DNA of 64,000 bases from Planctomycetota bacterium (GCA_032128395.1 JAQBGV010000193.1:7764-71763), one strand, 5' to 3'; positions 19,401-28,324 are shown, numbered from the stretch's first letter. Numbers and translations are program-made. The notes: generated from the sequence alone by a model not told the origin.

Positions 19401-20537
19401 GTCTGCGTCGTCCCGGTCATCAACTTGGTCGAGGGAGATGCCGTCTGCTGCATGGTGACCTGCGATGATGTACCGCTGACCCCACCGAACGGGATCACCT
19501 GCGACGTCGGCCCCGCACCCGACTGCGAAACCACCGTGACCTGGCTCAACCACTCGCAGTACGAGTCGATCCAAGTCACGCTCGACGGGGTGGTCATCAG
19601 CACCCAGCCGGGAGACGAGACGCAGACGACCGTGCTGCTCCCCGGCCCGGGTGCGCACCAGATTTGCCTCGTCGCGACGACGATCTGCGCCGACGTGCTC
19701 CCTCCGGTCTGCTGCACCGCGATGTGCGACTTCCCACCGGCGCCGCCGGAGAACGTCGTCTGCACCCTCGACGATCCGTGCCTCTGCACCGGAACGGTCA
19801 CCTGGACGAACGCGGACGCCGACTACGACGAGCTGATCGTCGAGGTCGACGGTGTGGTGATCGCGACCCTCCCCGGCAGCGCGACGAGCGCGCCGGTCGG
19901 ACCGGTCGCCCCCGGCCCCCACAACGTCTGCGTGACCGCGGTGCGGACGGGGCTCAGCTCCCCCGAAGTGTGCTGCGCCCTCGACTGTCCCGGCCCGCCG
20001 GCGCCGATCCCACCGAGCGGCCTGGTGTGTGGGGTCATCGACAATGGAACCTGCACGGTGAGCCTCGACTGGACGAACTCGATGCCGTACGGCGCCATCC
20101 AGATCCTCGCGGACGGGGTCGTCTGGGCCGATCTCGCCGGAAGTGCGACCCACTACGAGGCACCGCTCCCCGGTGGCATCACGAGTTCCGAGCTCTGCCT
20201 CGTCGCGACGACCGAGTGCGGCGACGCCGCCAACCAGGTCTGTTGTACGGTGGAGTGCCAGACCCAGTTCGTCCGAGGGGACTGCAACGTCGACGGAATC
20301 GTGAACATCGCCGACGGCGTCTACATCATGCGATTCCTCTTCCAGGGTTTCACGCCGAGCATCTGCCTCGATGCCTGCGACCACAACAGCGACGGCTTGG
20401 TCGACATCTCCGACGTGGTGTTCATCCTCCACTACATCTTCACCAGTGGTCCGCCCCCGCTCGCACCGTTCCCCGACTGCGGGGTCGACGTGGATGAAGT
20501 CCCGGGGTGCAACACGTATCCGTTCTGCTCGAACTGA
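16497..20537 (+). CDS. giant secreted protein: ~12 tandem Cys-rich ~88-aa modules, poly-Asp tract, C-terminal dockerin-like module
   Basis: Signal peptide ...VLNAARGAFIAAVLGALLLTSPAQA; the start is ambiguous among GTG 16497, 16509 and 16515. The repeating module is DLVCT.DP..C...V.W.N...Y..I.V..DG.....LPG.ATS......PG.HEIC...TT.CG.....CC.V.C, about 264 nt per unit over 16998-20270. D20 occurs at 17253-17312. C-terminus is GDCNVDGIVNIADGVYIMRFLF...DHNSDGLVDISDVVFILHYIFTSGPPPLAPFPDCG...C..YPFC. Confidence 0.8.
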   Translation: MRWGVTVLNAARGAFIAAVLGALLLTSPAQAFTGCVNSATAGHYTVDFLGVAYNPDGTSTWNYTVTWDGIPPSLSHFTLKLCHQAEVISSVPAGAEVGYDGSTGLYGIKWDDVTIETPGVPVPFTFTLDQPYAISGTIFAAKAGPYPNFGWICGPSKKCKLALVPPSDLVCTVLDPCTCETLLTWTNISVVDLINVRVDGVLVATLPGDTTSTIITVKPGTHAIEVTGVIDPAGDGYQHGGGSYPFGGGGYGDDDDDDDDDDDDDDDDDDDDGNPGDNDQETDPAICEVICPDHTPVPPKDLVCTPDPLDCSVTVSWVNSRDYTEIIVFLDGLPFETLPGSATSTMIGGPLIGSHGVCLAGTTTCGDPFAEVCCQFSCDDPTPPPVTDLVCEVADICTCETEVSWTNGAANYDSIEVFVDGNSAAILPGSATSTVVLLGGPGEHVICVVATRNEFTSEFACCGANCPAIPDDPPFALTCDAPPAPNCEASAIWLGGGVYSQIEVLLDGVVAQVLPGDTFETTVAIPTSGPHELCLRATTICGVVLPDVCCTVECIGPPDPITDLTCTLVDLCKCLFTLDWTNGNPDYDTIQVLIDGVLHERIPGDTTSLALTLPTPGLHEICLVPVRAALPGPETCCSVDCPDVPPAMPENLVCTFDPLTCIFTVMWSNPVPYSSLEIFVDGVAAGTAPGGASSFSIPFPLIGQHEICVEGTTICEEVTPAACCSVECQIQPPLPVLDLACGVVDPCTCIVAVAWTNQEANYVSVEVTVDGVPFASLAGTATNLAVTLPGPGNHVICVFPIRNGVSGDQVCCKANCPITDPIPPVLLECVVDKPSATATISWLPSALYSQVEVFLNGVLVETAPGDATSASVVLTLPGVNTLSLIATTVCGEVTPAVSCEVTSGLTPVMINGLSCSLVSQCTCDATATWTNGELYDSIIIQVNGIVVATLPGDAVTADFTLGAPGTREVCVVPVINLVEGDAVCCMVTCDDVPLTPPNGITCDVGPAPDCETTVTWLNHSQYESIQVTLDGVVISTQPGDETQTTVLLPGPGAHQICLVATTICADVLPPVCCTAMCDFPPAPPENVVCTLDDPCLCTGTVTWTNADADYDELIVEVDGVVIATLPGSATSAPVGPVAPGPHNVCVTAVRTGLSSPEVCCALDCPGPPAPIPPSGLVCGVIDNGTCTVSLDWTNSMPYGAIQILADGVVWADLAGSATHYEAPLPGGITSSELCLVATTECGDAANQVCCTVECQTQFVRGDCNVDGIVNIADGVYIMRFLFQGFTPSICLDACDHNSDGLVDISDVVFILHYIFTSGPPPLAPFPDCGVDVDEVPGCNTYPFCSN
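17253..17312 (+). repeat. (GAY)20 trinucleotide repeat encoding poly-Asp
   Basis: gatgatgacgacgacgacgatgacgacgac... gives 20 consecutive Asp codons inside the giant protein gene. Confidence 0.9.
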
Positions 20538-20659
20538 AGAGGTGCGGAGCCCGCTCTGAAAATGGACTGTCCCGACGGTCGGTTGCGGCTGTGCACACGC
20601 GGAGGAGCCCCGGCAGCTCCTGCGGAGAGCCGGAAGAATCGCGCCGCTTCCCGCTCGGC

Positions 20660-21982
20660 TCACCGCACGATCGCGCTGACCACTTCTCCCTCGATCAGCA
20701 CTCCGATGCAGTGCGTCGTGTACTCGAACGGGTCGCCGTCGTAGAGGGCGACGTCCGCGTCCTTGCCGACTTCGAGCGAACCCACTCGATCCGCGATGCC
20801 CAGGATCTCCGCCGCGGAGCGGGTCACCAATCCCAGTGCATCCGCGAAGGAACAGCCGAAGGATGCTGCGATCGCCGCCTCGTACAGGACCACGCGGGTC
20901 TTCGGGACATAACTCTCGTATCCCGATTCGAGGGCGCACGGGATCCCCGCCGCGATCAGTTTCGCCGCGGTGGTCATGCTCGCGTTCTCGGCCTCGCCAC
21001 TCGCTCGGTACATCGGCGGGTGCAAGAGGACCGGGACCCCGGCCGCACGGATCGCATCGATATGTTCGTACGCCTCGGCGGCGCCGTCGAGGATCAATCG
21101 AAGGTCGAACTCCGCGGCGAGCCTCAGCGCGTTCCTGATATCGACGCTTCGGTGGCACGTGATCATCAGCGGGACCTCCCCCGCGACCACGCGCGCGAGC
21201 ATGTCCTTGCGGAGGTCGACCGAGGGGGGGTCGGCCTCTGGATCGGCCGCATCCCGCGCTCGCTTCGCGCGGCTCTCCTGCGCTTGGATCAGAGCTTGGC
21301 GGAGCATCGAGAGCTGCTTCGCGCGGGTTCCGGGGCTCTTTCCCTCCCCCGCGAGCGCGTCGGCGCCGAGCGTCGCGGCAACCGCGAAGAGCGGCTTCAG
21401 TACCACCCCGTCGACGTCGCCGGTTCGGGTCTTCGCGATCATCGTCTGTCCACTGATCAGCTGACCCGGCGCGTGACCGGTGTGCACCGTCGTCACCCCG
21501 AAGCTGCGCACCCACGCGATGAGCGGTTCGCGCCCGTTGAAGGCGTCGATCGCGCGCAACTCCGGCTGCATCGCTTCCGATCGCTCCAGTTGGTCCTGGT
21601 CATGATCGTAGTTCAGCCAACCGGCGAGGCCGATCACCGAGTGCCCGTCGACCAGTCCTGGCGTGACCACCGGCGCCTCGATCTTCCGCGCGTCCGCGGG
21701 GACGGTGACTCGCGCCCGCGGCCCGACCGCGGTGATCTTTCCCCCCTCGATCAGGACCACACCGTTCTCGATCGGTGGACGCCACCCACCGTCGGGGGTG
21801 CGCGCTTGGGTGTGGATCACCGCGCCGTAGATCGCGGTGACCTGCCCCGCCGCCGCGGGGGTGGCGAGTCCCTTCGCCACCTCGAAAGAATCGAGTCCAC
21901 CGAGCGGTCCATCCGGGGTCTGCGCGCACGCCGGGGTGCCGATCACGAGGAGTGCGAGAGAGAACGCTTGGAGCGCACGCAT
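20660..21982 (-). CDS. secreted amidohydrolase-family metallohydrolase (paralog 1)
   Basis: Signal peptide MRALQAFSLALLVIGTPACA. Amidohydrolase fold motifs (PGLVDGHSVIG, HTGH, TCHRSVD, GKDADVALYD). Confidence 0.75.
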   Translation of the reverse strand: MRALQAFSLALLVIGTPACAQTPDGPLGGLDSFEVAKGLATPAAAGQVTAIYGAVIHTQARTPDGGWRPPIENGVVLIEGGKITAVGPRARVTVPADARKIEAPVVTPGLVDGHSVIGLAGWLNYDHDQDQLERSEAMQPELRAIDAFNGREPLIAWVRSFGVTTVHTGHAPGQLISGQTMIAKTRTGDVDGVVLKPLFAVAATLGADALAGEGKSPGTRAKQLSMLRQALIQAQESRAKRARDAADPEADPPSVDLRKDMLARVVAGEVPLMITCHRSVDIRNALRLAAEFDLRLILDGAAEAYEHIDAIRAAGVPVLLHPPMYRASGEAENASMTTAAKLIAAGIPCALESGYESYVPKTRVVLYEAAIAASFGCSFADALGLVTRSAAEILGIADRVGSLEVGKDADVALYDGDPFEYTTHCIGVLIEGEVVSAIVR

Positions 21983-23325
21983 CACCGCACCTCCCGATCG
22001 ATGCAACAGCCGGTGAAGACCCGGTCATCCCCGGCGCCGAAACCACCCTCTGCGTAGAGGAGGTCCGCGGGATCGTCGCGGTCGAAGACCGGGACCCCAT
22101 CGACCCACGTTTCGAGCACCTTCGTGTACACGCTGAAGGGATCGCCGGAGAGGATCGCGAAATCCGCGTCCTTCCCGACGTCGAGCGAACCGATCCGACC
22201 GTCGAGATCGAGCATCTCCGCGCCGGAGAGGGTGAGCGCTCGCAACGCCGCACCGCGGGACATCCCCGCGCGCACCGCGAGGGCAGGCATTCTCATGAAG
22301 AGGCGACTGTCGGTGATCCAGTCGTCGGTGTGGAACGCGACGGGGACCCCTCTCGCCTCGAGCACCGCGCCGTTTCGGTAGTCGAGGTCGCGCGCCTCGA
22401 GTTTTCCGCCGGGGCTGTCGATGAGGATCAGCGAGCAGGGCGCGCCGGCAGCGGCGATTTCGTCCGCGACCTTCCACGCTTCGCTGACGTGGTGGAGGAC
22501 GACCCGAAAGCCGAATTCATCGGCGAGGCGCAATACGGTCAGGATGTCGTCGTGACGGTGCGTGTGATGGTGGACGATGCGCTTTCCCTGCATCGCCTCG
22601 ACGAGGGGCTCGAGCGAGAGGTCTCGGGGCGGCAGCTTCTCGGGGTCTCCCGCAGCGCGCTCGATCTTCGCGGCGTATTCCTGCGCCGCGATGTACTTCG
22701 CGCGCACCAGCGCCACCGACTTCGCCCGCGTGCCGGGGAAGGGGGCATCTCTCATCGAGTTCGTCCCGTTCGCCATCTTCAGACCGCCGAGCCGGCGTCC
22801 CTCGGGATCGAACATCGACAACGACTCGACGGTGTCGGTCCCACGCAGCTTCAGGTAGATCGTCTGACCCGAGATCAAATGCCCCGATCCCGGCATGATA
22901 TTGACGCAGGTCAATCCCCCTGCGGCCGCCCGACGAAAGCCCGGGCTCCGGGCGTTCACCGAGTCGAAGACATCCGCTTCGGGCTGGATCGGGTGGGACG
23001 AGTCTGCGCCCATCCCCCACCCCAGGTGACTGTGGGTGCAGACTAGCCCCGGCATGATCGTCTTGCCGCCGACGTCGATCACCTCGGCTCCCGCGGGGAT
23101 CGCGACAGCCGCCCGGGGTCCGACCGCGGCGATCTTCCCGTCCCGGACGATCAGGGTTCCGTCGGCGATCTCCGGACCCGAGACCGGCAGGATCCGAGCC
23201 CCGACGAAGGCGCGCACGGGGACCGGGGCGGCGGTGTCCTGGGCTGCGAGGGGGAGACCGAATCCGAGGAGGAGGGCGGCCCAGAGGGTGATGGACCTGG
23301 TGGGGTTCGAACTGCGCATCGTCAC
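21982..23325 (-). CDS. secreted amidohydrolase-family metallohydrolase (paralog 2)
   Basis: Signal peptide ...ITLWAALLLGFGLPLAAQD. Motifs PGLVCTHSHLG, HHHTHRHDD and GKDADFAILSGDPF. Collinear with paralog 1 and abutting it at 21982. Confidence 0.75.
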   Translation of the reverse strand: MTMRSSNPTRSITLWAALLLGFGLPLAAQDTAAPVPVRAFVGARILPVSGPEIADGTLIVRDGKIAAVGPRAAVAIPAGAEVIDVGGKTIMPGLVCTHSHLGWGMGADSSHPIQPEADVFDSVNARSPGFRRAAAGGLTCVNIMPGSGHLISGQTIYLKLRGTDTVESLSMFDPEGRRLGGLKMANGTNSMRDAPFPGTRAKSVALVRAKYIAAQEYAAKIERAAGDPEKLPPRDLSLEPLVEAMQGKRIVHHHTHRHDDILTVLRLADEFGFRVVLHHVSEAWKVADEIAAAGAPCSLILIDSPGGKLEARDLDYRNGAVLEARGVPVAFHTDDWITDSRLFMRMPALAVRAGMSRGAALRALTLSGAEMLDLDGRIGSLDVGKDADFAILSGDPFSVYTKVLETWVDGVPVFDRDDPADLLYAEGGFGAGDDRVFTGCCIDREVR

Positions 23326-23409
23326 TCCCTGTCGTAGGATGGAGAGGAGACCGTAGAGGGATCACGCGGGGGCCGCAAGTGCCCTCACGAGGACGGCAAG
23401 GGGCTCGAC

Positions 23410-23772
23410 ATGCACTCGATCGGACACCTCATCTCGATCGCTCCTCTTCTCCTCGGGGCTCTGCTGCCCGCGCTCGGCTGCGGTGGATCTGCCTCCGCCG
23501 ACGCGCCCGATCTCCTCCCCGCGATGCTCGCCGAGATCCAGGCGATGCCGCGACATGACACGGAACCCGCCACCTTCGACCGCTACGTCCGGGAGTCGCA
23601 CGCCGCTGCTCTCGAACATGCCTTCGCCGAGGGTGCGCGCCCGGATGATCCCGCAGCGGGAGACGTGTACGCGGTCGAGATCTATCGCCTCATGGTCGAT
23701 CGAGCGTTCGCCGAGGGGCGCACCGATTTGGCGGACATCCTGACCAGAGCGTACTTGGCCGCGGTGAGGTAG
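23410..23772 (+). CDS. small lipoprotein, hypothetical
   Basis: MHSIGHLISIAPLLLGALLPALGCGG carries a lipobox LGCGG. Located upstream of the ECF sigma gene. Confidence 0.35.
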   Translation: MHSIGHLISIAPLLLGALLPALGCGGSASADAPDLLPAMLAEIQAMPRHDTEPATFDRYVRESHAAALEHAFAEGARPDDPAAGDVYAVEIYRLMVDRAFAEGRTDLADILTRAYLAAVR

Positions 23773-23952
23773 TCGTCTCGTCGGCTGGACGGTTCCATCG
23801 ACTCTGGCCGCCGGGACGGGCACCCCGGTGGCGAGCCAGTCCCCACGCATTTCACGGCCATCGTCTGCGCAACAGGTTCCACGCTCGCCTCTGGGTCGAG
23901 AATCTCAGAAGATCAGGACGGATCCTCCGAGCTCGCGCATCCAGGGAGAAGA

Positions 23953-24525
23953 ATGGCCAACGATCCCGATCGACGACTCTTCGAGGCGGCGGCGCGGGGG
24001 GATCCTGCGGCGCTCGAAGCTCTCTGGCGGCGCGAGCGCCGGCGGGTCGCGGCGGTGCTCTTGGCACATCGCCCCCGCGAGGAAGACCTGGAGGACCTCT
24101 TGCAGGAGGTCGGGATCATTTTCGTCGAGCGACTGCGCGAAGTGCGGGAACCCGATCGATTCCGCGCATGGCTGCGCATCGTCGCGCTGAATGTCGCGCG
24201 GGGAGCCGGGCGGCGAGTGAAGATCCAACGCGACCGGCGGCGCGGTCTCGAGGCTGCGATCGAGGTCCACGACCCGACCGGGGAGCGGAGCCTCGAACGC
24301 TCGGAAGCGCGCGACGAGCTGCGACAGGTCATCGCCTGGATCCGGGGGCTCTCGCCGAGCCTCGCCGAGCCGCTGCTCCTCCGCGCGGTGTGGGGAATGG
24401 CCCAGCGCGAGATCGCCGAGTGGCTCGGAGTCCCGGAAACGACGGTCGAGACCCGACTGGCCCGAGCACGCCGGGTACTCCGGCAAAGGATCGAGGAGGC
24501 CGATCGCCTCCGCCGCGCCGAGTGA
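23953..24525 (+). CDS. ECF RNA polymerase sigma factor (second copy)
   Basis: Region 2 (DLLQEVGIIFVERLREVREPDRFRAWLRIVALNVA) and region 4 (LSPSLAEPLLLRAVWGMAQREIAEWLGVPETTVETRLARARRVLRQ). Confidence 0.8.
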   Translation: MANDPDRRLFEAAARGDPAALEALWRRERRRVAAVLLAHRPREEDLEDLLQEVGIIFVERLREVREPDRFRAWLRIVALNVARGAGRRVKIQRDRRRGLEAAIEVHDPTGERSLERSEARDELRQVIAWIRGLSPSLAEPLLLRAVWGMAQREIAEWLGVPETTVETRLARARRVLRQRIEEADRLRRAE

Positions 24526-24536
24526 AGGAGACCTCG

Positions 24537-25142
24537 ATGCATGATAGTGAACTCTCGCGCGAAGATCTTCTGATCCACCGCGCCATCGATGGCTGCGTGG
24601 GGGTGGGCGACTGGGCGGAGCTCGAACTCCTCGGTCGTCGTGATCCTGCGGTGTGGAAGCGACTCGCCATCGCCATGCGGGGGGAGCTGACCCTGCGCCG
24701 AGCGGGCGCAGCGATCGATGCCTACCTGCCGTCGCTCCCGCTCGAGCGCCACGCCGTGGGCCGGCGCGCTCCGATCCTGATCGGGGGACTCGGCTGGGCT
24801 GCGGCTCTCGTCGTCTGCTTCCTCTGGCTCGGGGGACCGAGGCTCGGTCTCGGAAACTCCGAACACGGCAATCCTTCCTCCTCGCTCGGGGCGGCCGCCG
24901 CCTGGGCCCAGTACCTCGAGGCTGGAGATGCCGACGGTCGCTTCGTCCGCGAACTTCCGCCGGTGATGCTCGAAGCCACGCCGTCGGCCGATGGAGATAC
25001 CGTCGAGGTGCTCTTCGTCCGCCGAGCGATCGAGCGCACGACCGTGGGGGAGATCTTCGAAATCAATGAAGACGACGCTGGCCGGCTCTCCTCGCGGCCG
25101 GTCCCGGTGCTGAGACTCGTCTCGAGCGAACCGCTTCGATGA
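24537..25142 (+). CDS. putative anti-sigma factor (single TM)
   Basis: ATG 24537 lies 11 nt after the sigma stop, with an AAGGAG SD. TM segment ILIGGLGWAAALVVCFLWLGG and an extracytoplasmic C-terminal domain. Confidence 0.5.
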   Translation: MHDSELSREDLLIHRAIDGCVGVGDWAELELLGRRDPAVWKRLAIAMRGELTLRRAGAAIDAYLPSLPLERHAVGRRAPILIGGLGWAAALVVCFLWLGGPRLGLGNSEHGNPSSSLGAAAAWAQYLEAGDADGRFVRELPPVMLEATPSADGDTVEVLFVRRAIERTTVGEIFEINEDDAGRLSSRPVPVLRLVSSEPLR

Positions 25143-25211
25143 ATCGATGAGCGATCGGTGCCCGCGCTCCGGTCGCTCTCCGTGAGACTCTCCGTGGAAA
25201 GGAACCCTGCG

Positions 25212-27023
25212 ATGCGCCATCGCTTCCCCCTCTCACTCGTCGCCATCTCCCTCCTCCTCGTCGGCGCTACGGTCGCACAGGATGCGACACCGGCGGCCGC
25301 GCCCGCCGACCCGTTGCTCCGAGCCCTCCTCGGGGACTCCCCGGAGCAGGACAGCACGGCGCCCCGGCGGGCGACAGCTCCGATCCCGCCCGTGGCCGAT
25401 CCGCTGCTGCTCCCCCCCGCACCTCCGACGCCGGATGAGCCCCATGGACTGTGGCTCCTCAGCGATGGTCCCGCGACCGCTCCCACCATCCCGGACGAGC
25501 CCGCCCCTCCCCCGACCGGCGGTTGGCTCCTGACGCAGGACGGCACGGGGCGAGCGGTGTACGGGCAAGGCGGGACGACCGGGAATGGATTCAGTTTCTA
25601 CGACGGCATTGCGGACGCGCGCGACTACACCACCTGGAACACGAACTCGAACCAGGTCGATCTGCGCGTCAGCGTCGAGGGGGGTGGCATCACCGTTCAT
25701 CGCAATGGACGGCCCGTCCCCGATGATCAAATCGAACAGCACGGCTCGACTCTCCGCGTCCACGACGGAACCGGTCGTCTTCTCGTCACCATCGACGTTG
25801 CGGGCGATGGTCGGGTGACGATCCCCCCAGGGTGGAGTTTCCGCGGACCCGCGAACTGGGCCACCCAGGCCCAGAGCAAGAACGTGATCGGAATTCGCAC
25901 CGGATCGATCGAGGCAGCCCTCGCGCAGCACCTCGGTCTGGGGGACGGCGAGGGGATCCTGATCAGCGAAGCAGTCCCGGGTCATCCTGCCGCGGCGGCG
26001 GGACTGCGGGCGCACGACGTGATCGTCGCGATCGACGGACGACGCCCCGCTACCCTCGACCTCCTCAAGAACACCCTCCAGACGAAGGAAGCCGGAGCCC
26101 ACATCACGCTCACCGTGGTGCGCGCCGGGAACACCCTCGAGATTCGCTCCGAGATCACGCAGATCTCCGCTCCGGTCGGCGCGAACACGCTCCCGAGCGG
26201 CGCCTATGCGCTCTCACTCGGGGACTACGCGGGAGTGCTCACCGAAGAGGGCAACGTCCCCGCTCCAACCCTGCTCTGGCGGCGCAGTGGGAACGTGTTG
26301 CTCGGTTCGGAGGACGGGACGGCGGTGCTTCCGCCCTCGGCGAGAACGCTAGGATCGGCCCCGGCGCTCGGCCTCACCGGCGGCGGCGGCGCGGGAAGAG
26401 TGGTGGCCGTCCCCCGGCTGCCCGGGGGTTTGGCGGCGGGTCAGGTCGTGTCACCTGGGGCGAGCAACAATTTCGGCGGTCAGGTGGTCGGTCCGGATGG
26501 GAATCCGATCGCCGGGGCCCTGGTCGCTCCTGGCGCCGGCGGCGTGGTGGATCTCAGCCGGGGGCGGATCGCAGCTCCGGTGATCGGCGACGGATTCCGG
26601 CGCGCCGGGCCCGGAGGGGATCGCCTCGAGACGATCGAGAAGCGTCTCGAGAAACTCGAAGAGCTGCTGGAGAAGTTGCTCGAGCAGAAGAGCAAGGATC
26701 GGCAGCCTCGGGCGGAGGCGCCACGGCGCACCCAGAACATCGACGGCCGAGTCGTTGCGGTGATCGACGGTCTCGTGATCCTCTCGGTCGGTTCCGACGA
26801 CGGAGTTGCGAGCGGAGACGAATTCGTGGTCTATCGAGGTGAGCAGTTCATCGGGAAGGTACGGGTCAGCTCCGTGACTTCCGAGCAATCCGAAGCAACC
26901 GTTCTCTTCACACACAACAACTTGGGGATCGAACAGGGACAGAGCGCAACCACGCGGTTGAAGAGCCTGACCACCCCGTGGGAGGGGGACGACACGGTCG
27001 GCGCCACGGGCACCGGCGGCTAG
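25212..27023 (+). CDS. secreted PDZ-domain protein with coiled-coil segment
   Basis: Signal peptide MRHRFPLSLVAISLLLVGATVAQDA. PDZ-like region GIRTGSIEAALAQHLGLGDGEGILISEAVPGHPAAAAGLRAHDVIVAIDGRRP...LTVVRAGNTLEI. Coiled coil IEKRLEKLEELLEKLLEQK. Confidence 0.6.
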   Translation: MRHRFPLSLVAISLLLVGATVAQDATPAAAPADPLLRALLGDSPEQDSTAPRRATAPIPPVADPLLLPPAPPTPDEPHGLWLLSDGPATAPTIPDEPAPPPTGGWLLTQDGTGRAVYGQGGTTGNGFSFYDGIADARDYTTWNTNSNQVDLRVSVEGGGITVHRNGRPVPDDQIEQHGSTLRVHDGTGRLLVTIDVAGDGRVTIPPGWSFRGPANWATQAQSKNVIGIRTGSIEAALAQHLGLGDGEGILISEAVPGHPAAAAGLRAHDVIVAIDGRRPATLDLLKNTLQTKEAGAHITLTVVRAGNTLEIRSEITQISAPVGANTLPSGAYALSLGDYAGVLTEEGNVPAPTLLWRRSGNVLLGSEDGTAVLPPSARTLGSAPALGLTGGGGAGRVVAVPRLPGGLAAGQVVSPGASNNFGGQVVGPDGNPIAGALVAPGAGGVVDLSRGRIAAPVIGDGFRRAGPGGDRLETIEKRLEKLEELLEKLLEQKSKDRQPRAEAPRRTQNIDGRVVAVIDGLVILSVGSDDGVASGDEFVVYRGEQFIGKVRVSSVTSEQSEATVLFTHNNLGIEQGQSATTRLKSLTTPWEGDDTVGATGTGG

Positions 27024-27105
27024 CCGGAAGACTCCCGGAGAGAGCTGAGAGGATCGCCGCAGCCGATCCGGATGCGGCGGACCCCTCGTTCTTCGGTTCT
27101 CGCTC

Positions 27106-27174
27106 GAGGGACTGCCCCGGCGGTGGGGGGCAATCGACAACGCTCCTTCGCGAACGATCGTCGGGACACTCCCT
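27106..27174. repeat. palindromic intergenic element, family B copy
   Basis: GAGGGACTGCCCCGGCGG ...CAATCGAC... CGTCGGGACACTCCCTC. Homologous to the 11712-11797 element, including the internal CAATCGAC. Confidence 0.65.
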
Positions 27175-27334
27175 CAAGCCTCGACGGACCCTTGCCTCCG
27201 GGGCCCCTGCCAAGGAGAATCGGGTGCCCCAGCACAGCCCCGGAATCGGTACAGCCCCGGAAACGCACGATCCGCCCCCTGCGGTGCGGAGCTTCGGTGC
27301 ACCGGTTCTCCGGGAGGGCGGAAGGTGGCTCCCA

Positions 27335-28225
27335 GTGTCTCGTCGAATTCTCCCGATCCTCTCCATCGTCGCTCTGGTCGCCTCCTCCGCCTTCGCGGGC
27401 GAAGCCAACGACACTTTTTCGCGGGGGGACGCGAACCGGGATGGCGCACTGAACATCGCGGACGCCGTCTTCGTGCTCGACTATCTCTTCGGCGGAGCCG
27501 GCGCCGTTCTCCCCTGTCAGGACGCCGCCGATGCGAACGACGACGGGGCGATCGACATCGCGGACCCGATCCTCATGCTCGGCTATCTGTTCGTGCCGCC
27601 GCTGACGCCGCTCGTCGCACCGTTCCCGAACCCCGGTTCCGACCCGACCGCCGACGGCCTCACCTGCGCACCGATCGACTGCGCGAACGCCGCGGAGGTC
27701 GATGCTCTGCTCACGCTGCTCATCGGAACCTACCCTCTTCCCGGTGCGGTTCCACCGCAGACGATCACACAGTCCGGAGTGACGGTCGAGATCTTCGCCG
27801 CGGACGCGGTGGTGACCGTCGACAGCGTCAGCTACGACCCGATCACGGATACGTTCTCCGCATCGGGCACCGCAGGCGCCCCGGCGGTACCGACGACGAT
27901 CACCGCGTTCCTGATCAACGTCAGCTGCGATATCGCGGTGACCGGCAACTGGAGCATGACCGGTTCGCTCGACACCATCCCGATCAGCGCAGAGGCGTCC
28001 GAGGTCGTCGGCGTGACCCCGGGATCGGTGACATCATCGGTGACGAATACGAACATCGACTTTTCGGCGTGCGGGGGGATCGGCGTGATTCTTTCGATCG
28101 TCTCCGGTCTCTTCGATGCCGCGATCCAGGACGCGATCGATCAGATCGAGGTCCAGCTCGAGGCACAGATCACACAGGCCGTCGACGCAGTGATCGGGAC
28201 GACGCCGCTAATCGTCTGCGAGTAA
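27335..28225 (+). CDS. secreted protein with N-terminal dockerin-like module and Ser/Thr/Val-rich C-terminal domain
   Basis: GTG 27335 (SD GGAAGG). Signal peptide SRRILPILSIVALVASSAFA. Dockerin-like pair GDANRDGALNIADAVFVLDYLF / DANDDGAIDIADPILMLGYLF followed by PPLTPLVAPFPNPG. Confidence 0.6.
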   Translation: MSRRILPILSIVALVASSAFAGEANDTFSRGDANRDGALNIADAVFVLDYLFGGAGAVLPCQDAADANDDGAIDIADPILMLGYLFVPPLTPLVAPFPNPGSDPTADGLTCAPIDCANAAEVDALLTLLIGTYPLPGAVPPQTITQSGVTVEIFAADAVVTVDSVSYDPITDTFSASGTAGAPAVPTTITAFLINVSCDIAVTGNWSMTGSLDTIPISAEASEVVGVTPGSVTSSVTNTNIDFSACGGIGVILSIVSGLFDAAIQDAIDQIEVQLEAQITQAVDAVIGTTPLIVCE

Positions 28226-28266
28226 ACCTGGCCCGGGCTCCGATGAGGCACCGCCTGCGGCGTCGC

Positions 28267-28324
28267 GGGGTGCCGGCCGATCCTCGACGGGGCGAAGGCC
28301 CCGCCTGCGGTCGGTCGGCACCCC
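28267..28324. terminator. long GC hairpin between convergent genes (putative bidirectional terminator)
   Basis: GGGGTGCCGGCCGA ... TCGGTCGGCACCCC (14-bp arms, one mismatch) between the + gene ending at 28225 and the - gene ending at 28372. No U-tract. Confidence 0.3.

Noticed and set aside
18516-21515. 999-aa minus-strand ORF antisense to the giant repeat-protein gene
   Set aside because: Extremely Arg/Gly/Asp-rich with no motifs. This is the typical antisense read-through of a 70% GC coding region. The + strand product has a signal peptide and conserved modules.
23281-23310. tRNA-like GGTTCGAA (T-loop-like) sequence
   Set aside because: It lies inside the amidohydrolase coding region with no acceptor or anticodon stem context. 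No tRNA found in the window.
23773-23952. ECF promoter upstream of the second sigma factor
   Set aside because: Only a weak GCAAC-N17-GTC-like match. Not reported as a feature.
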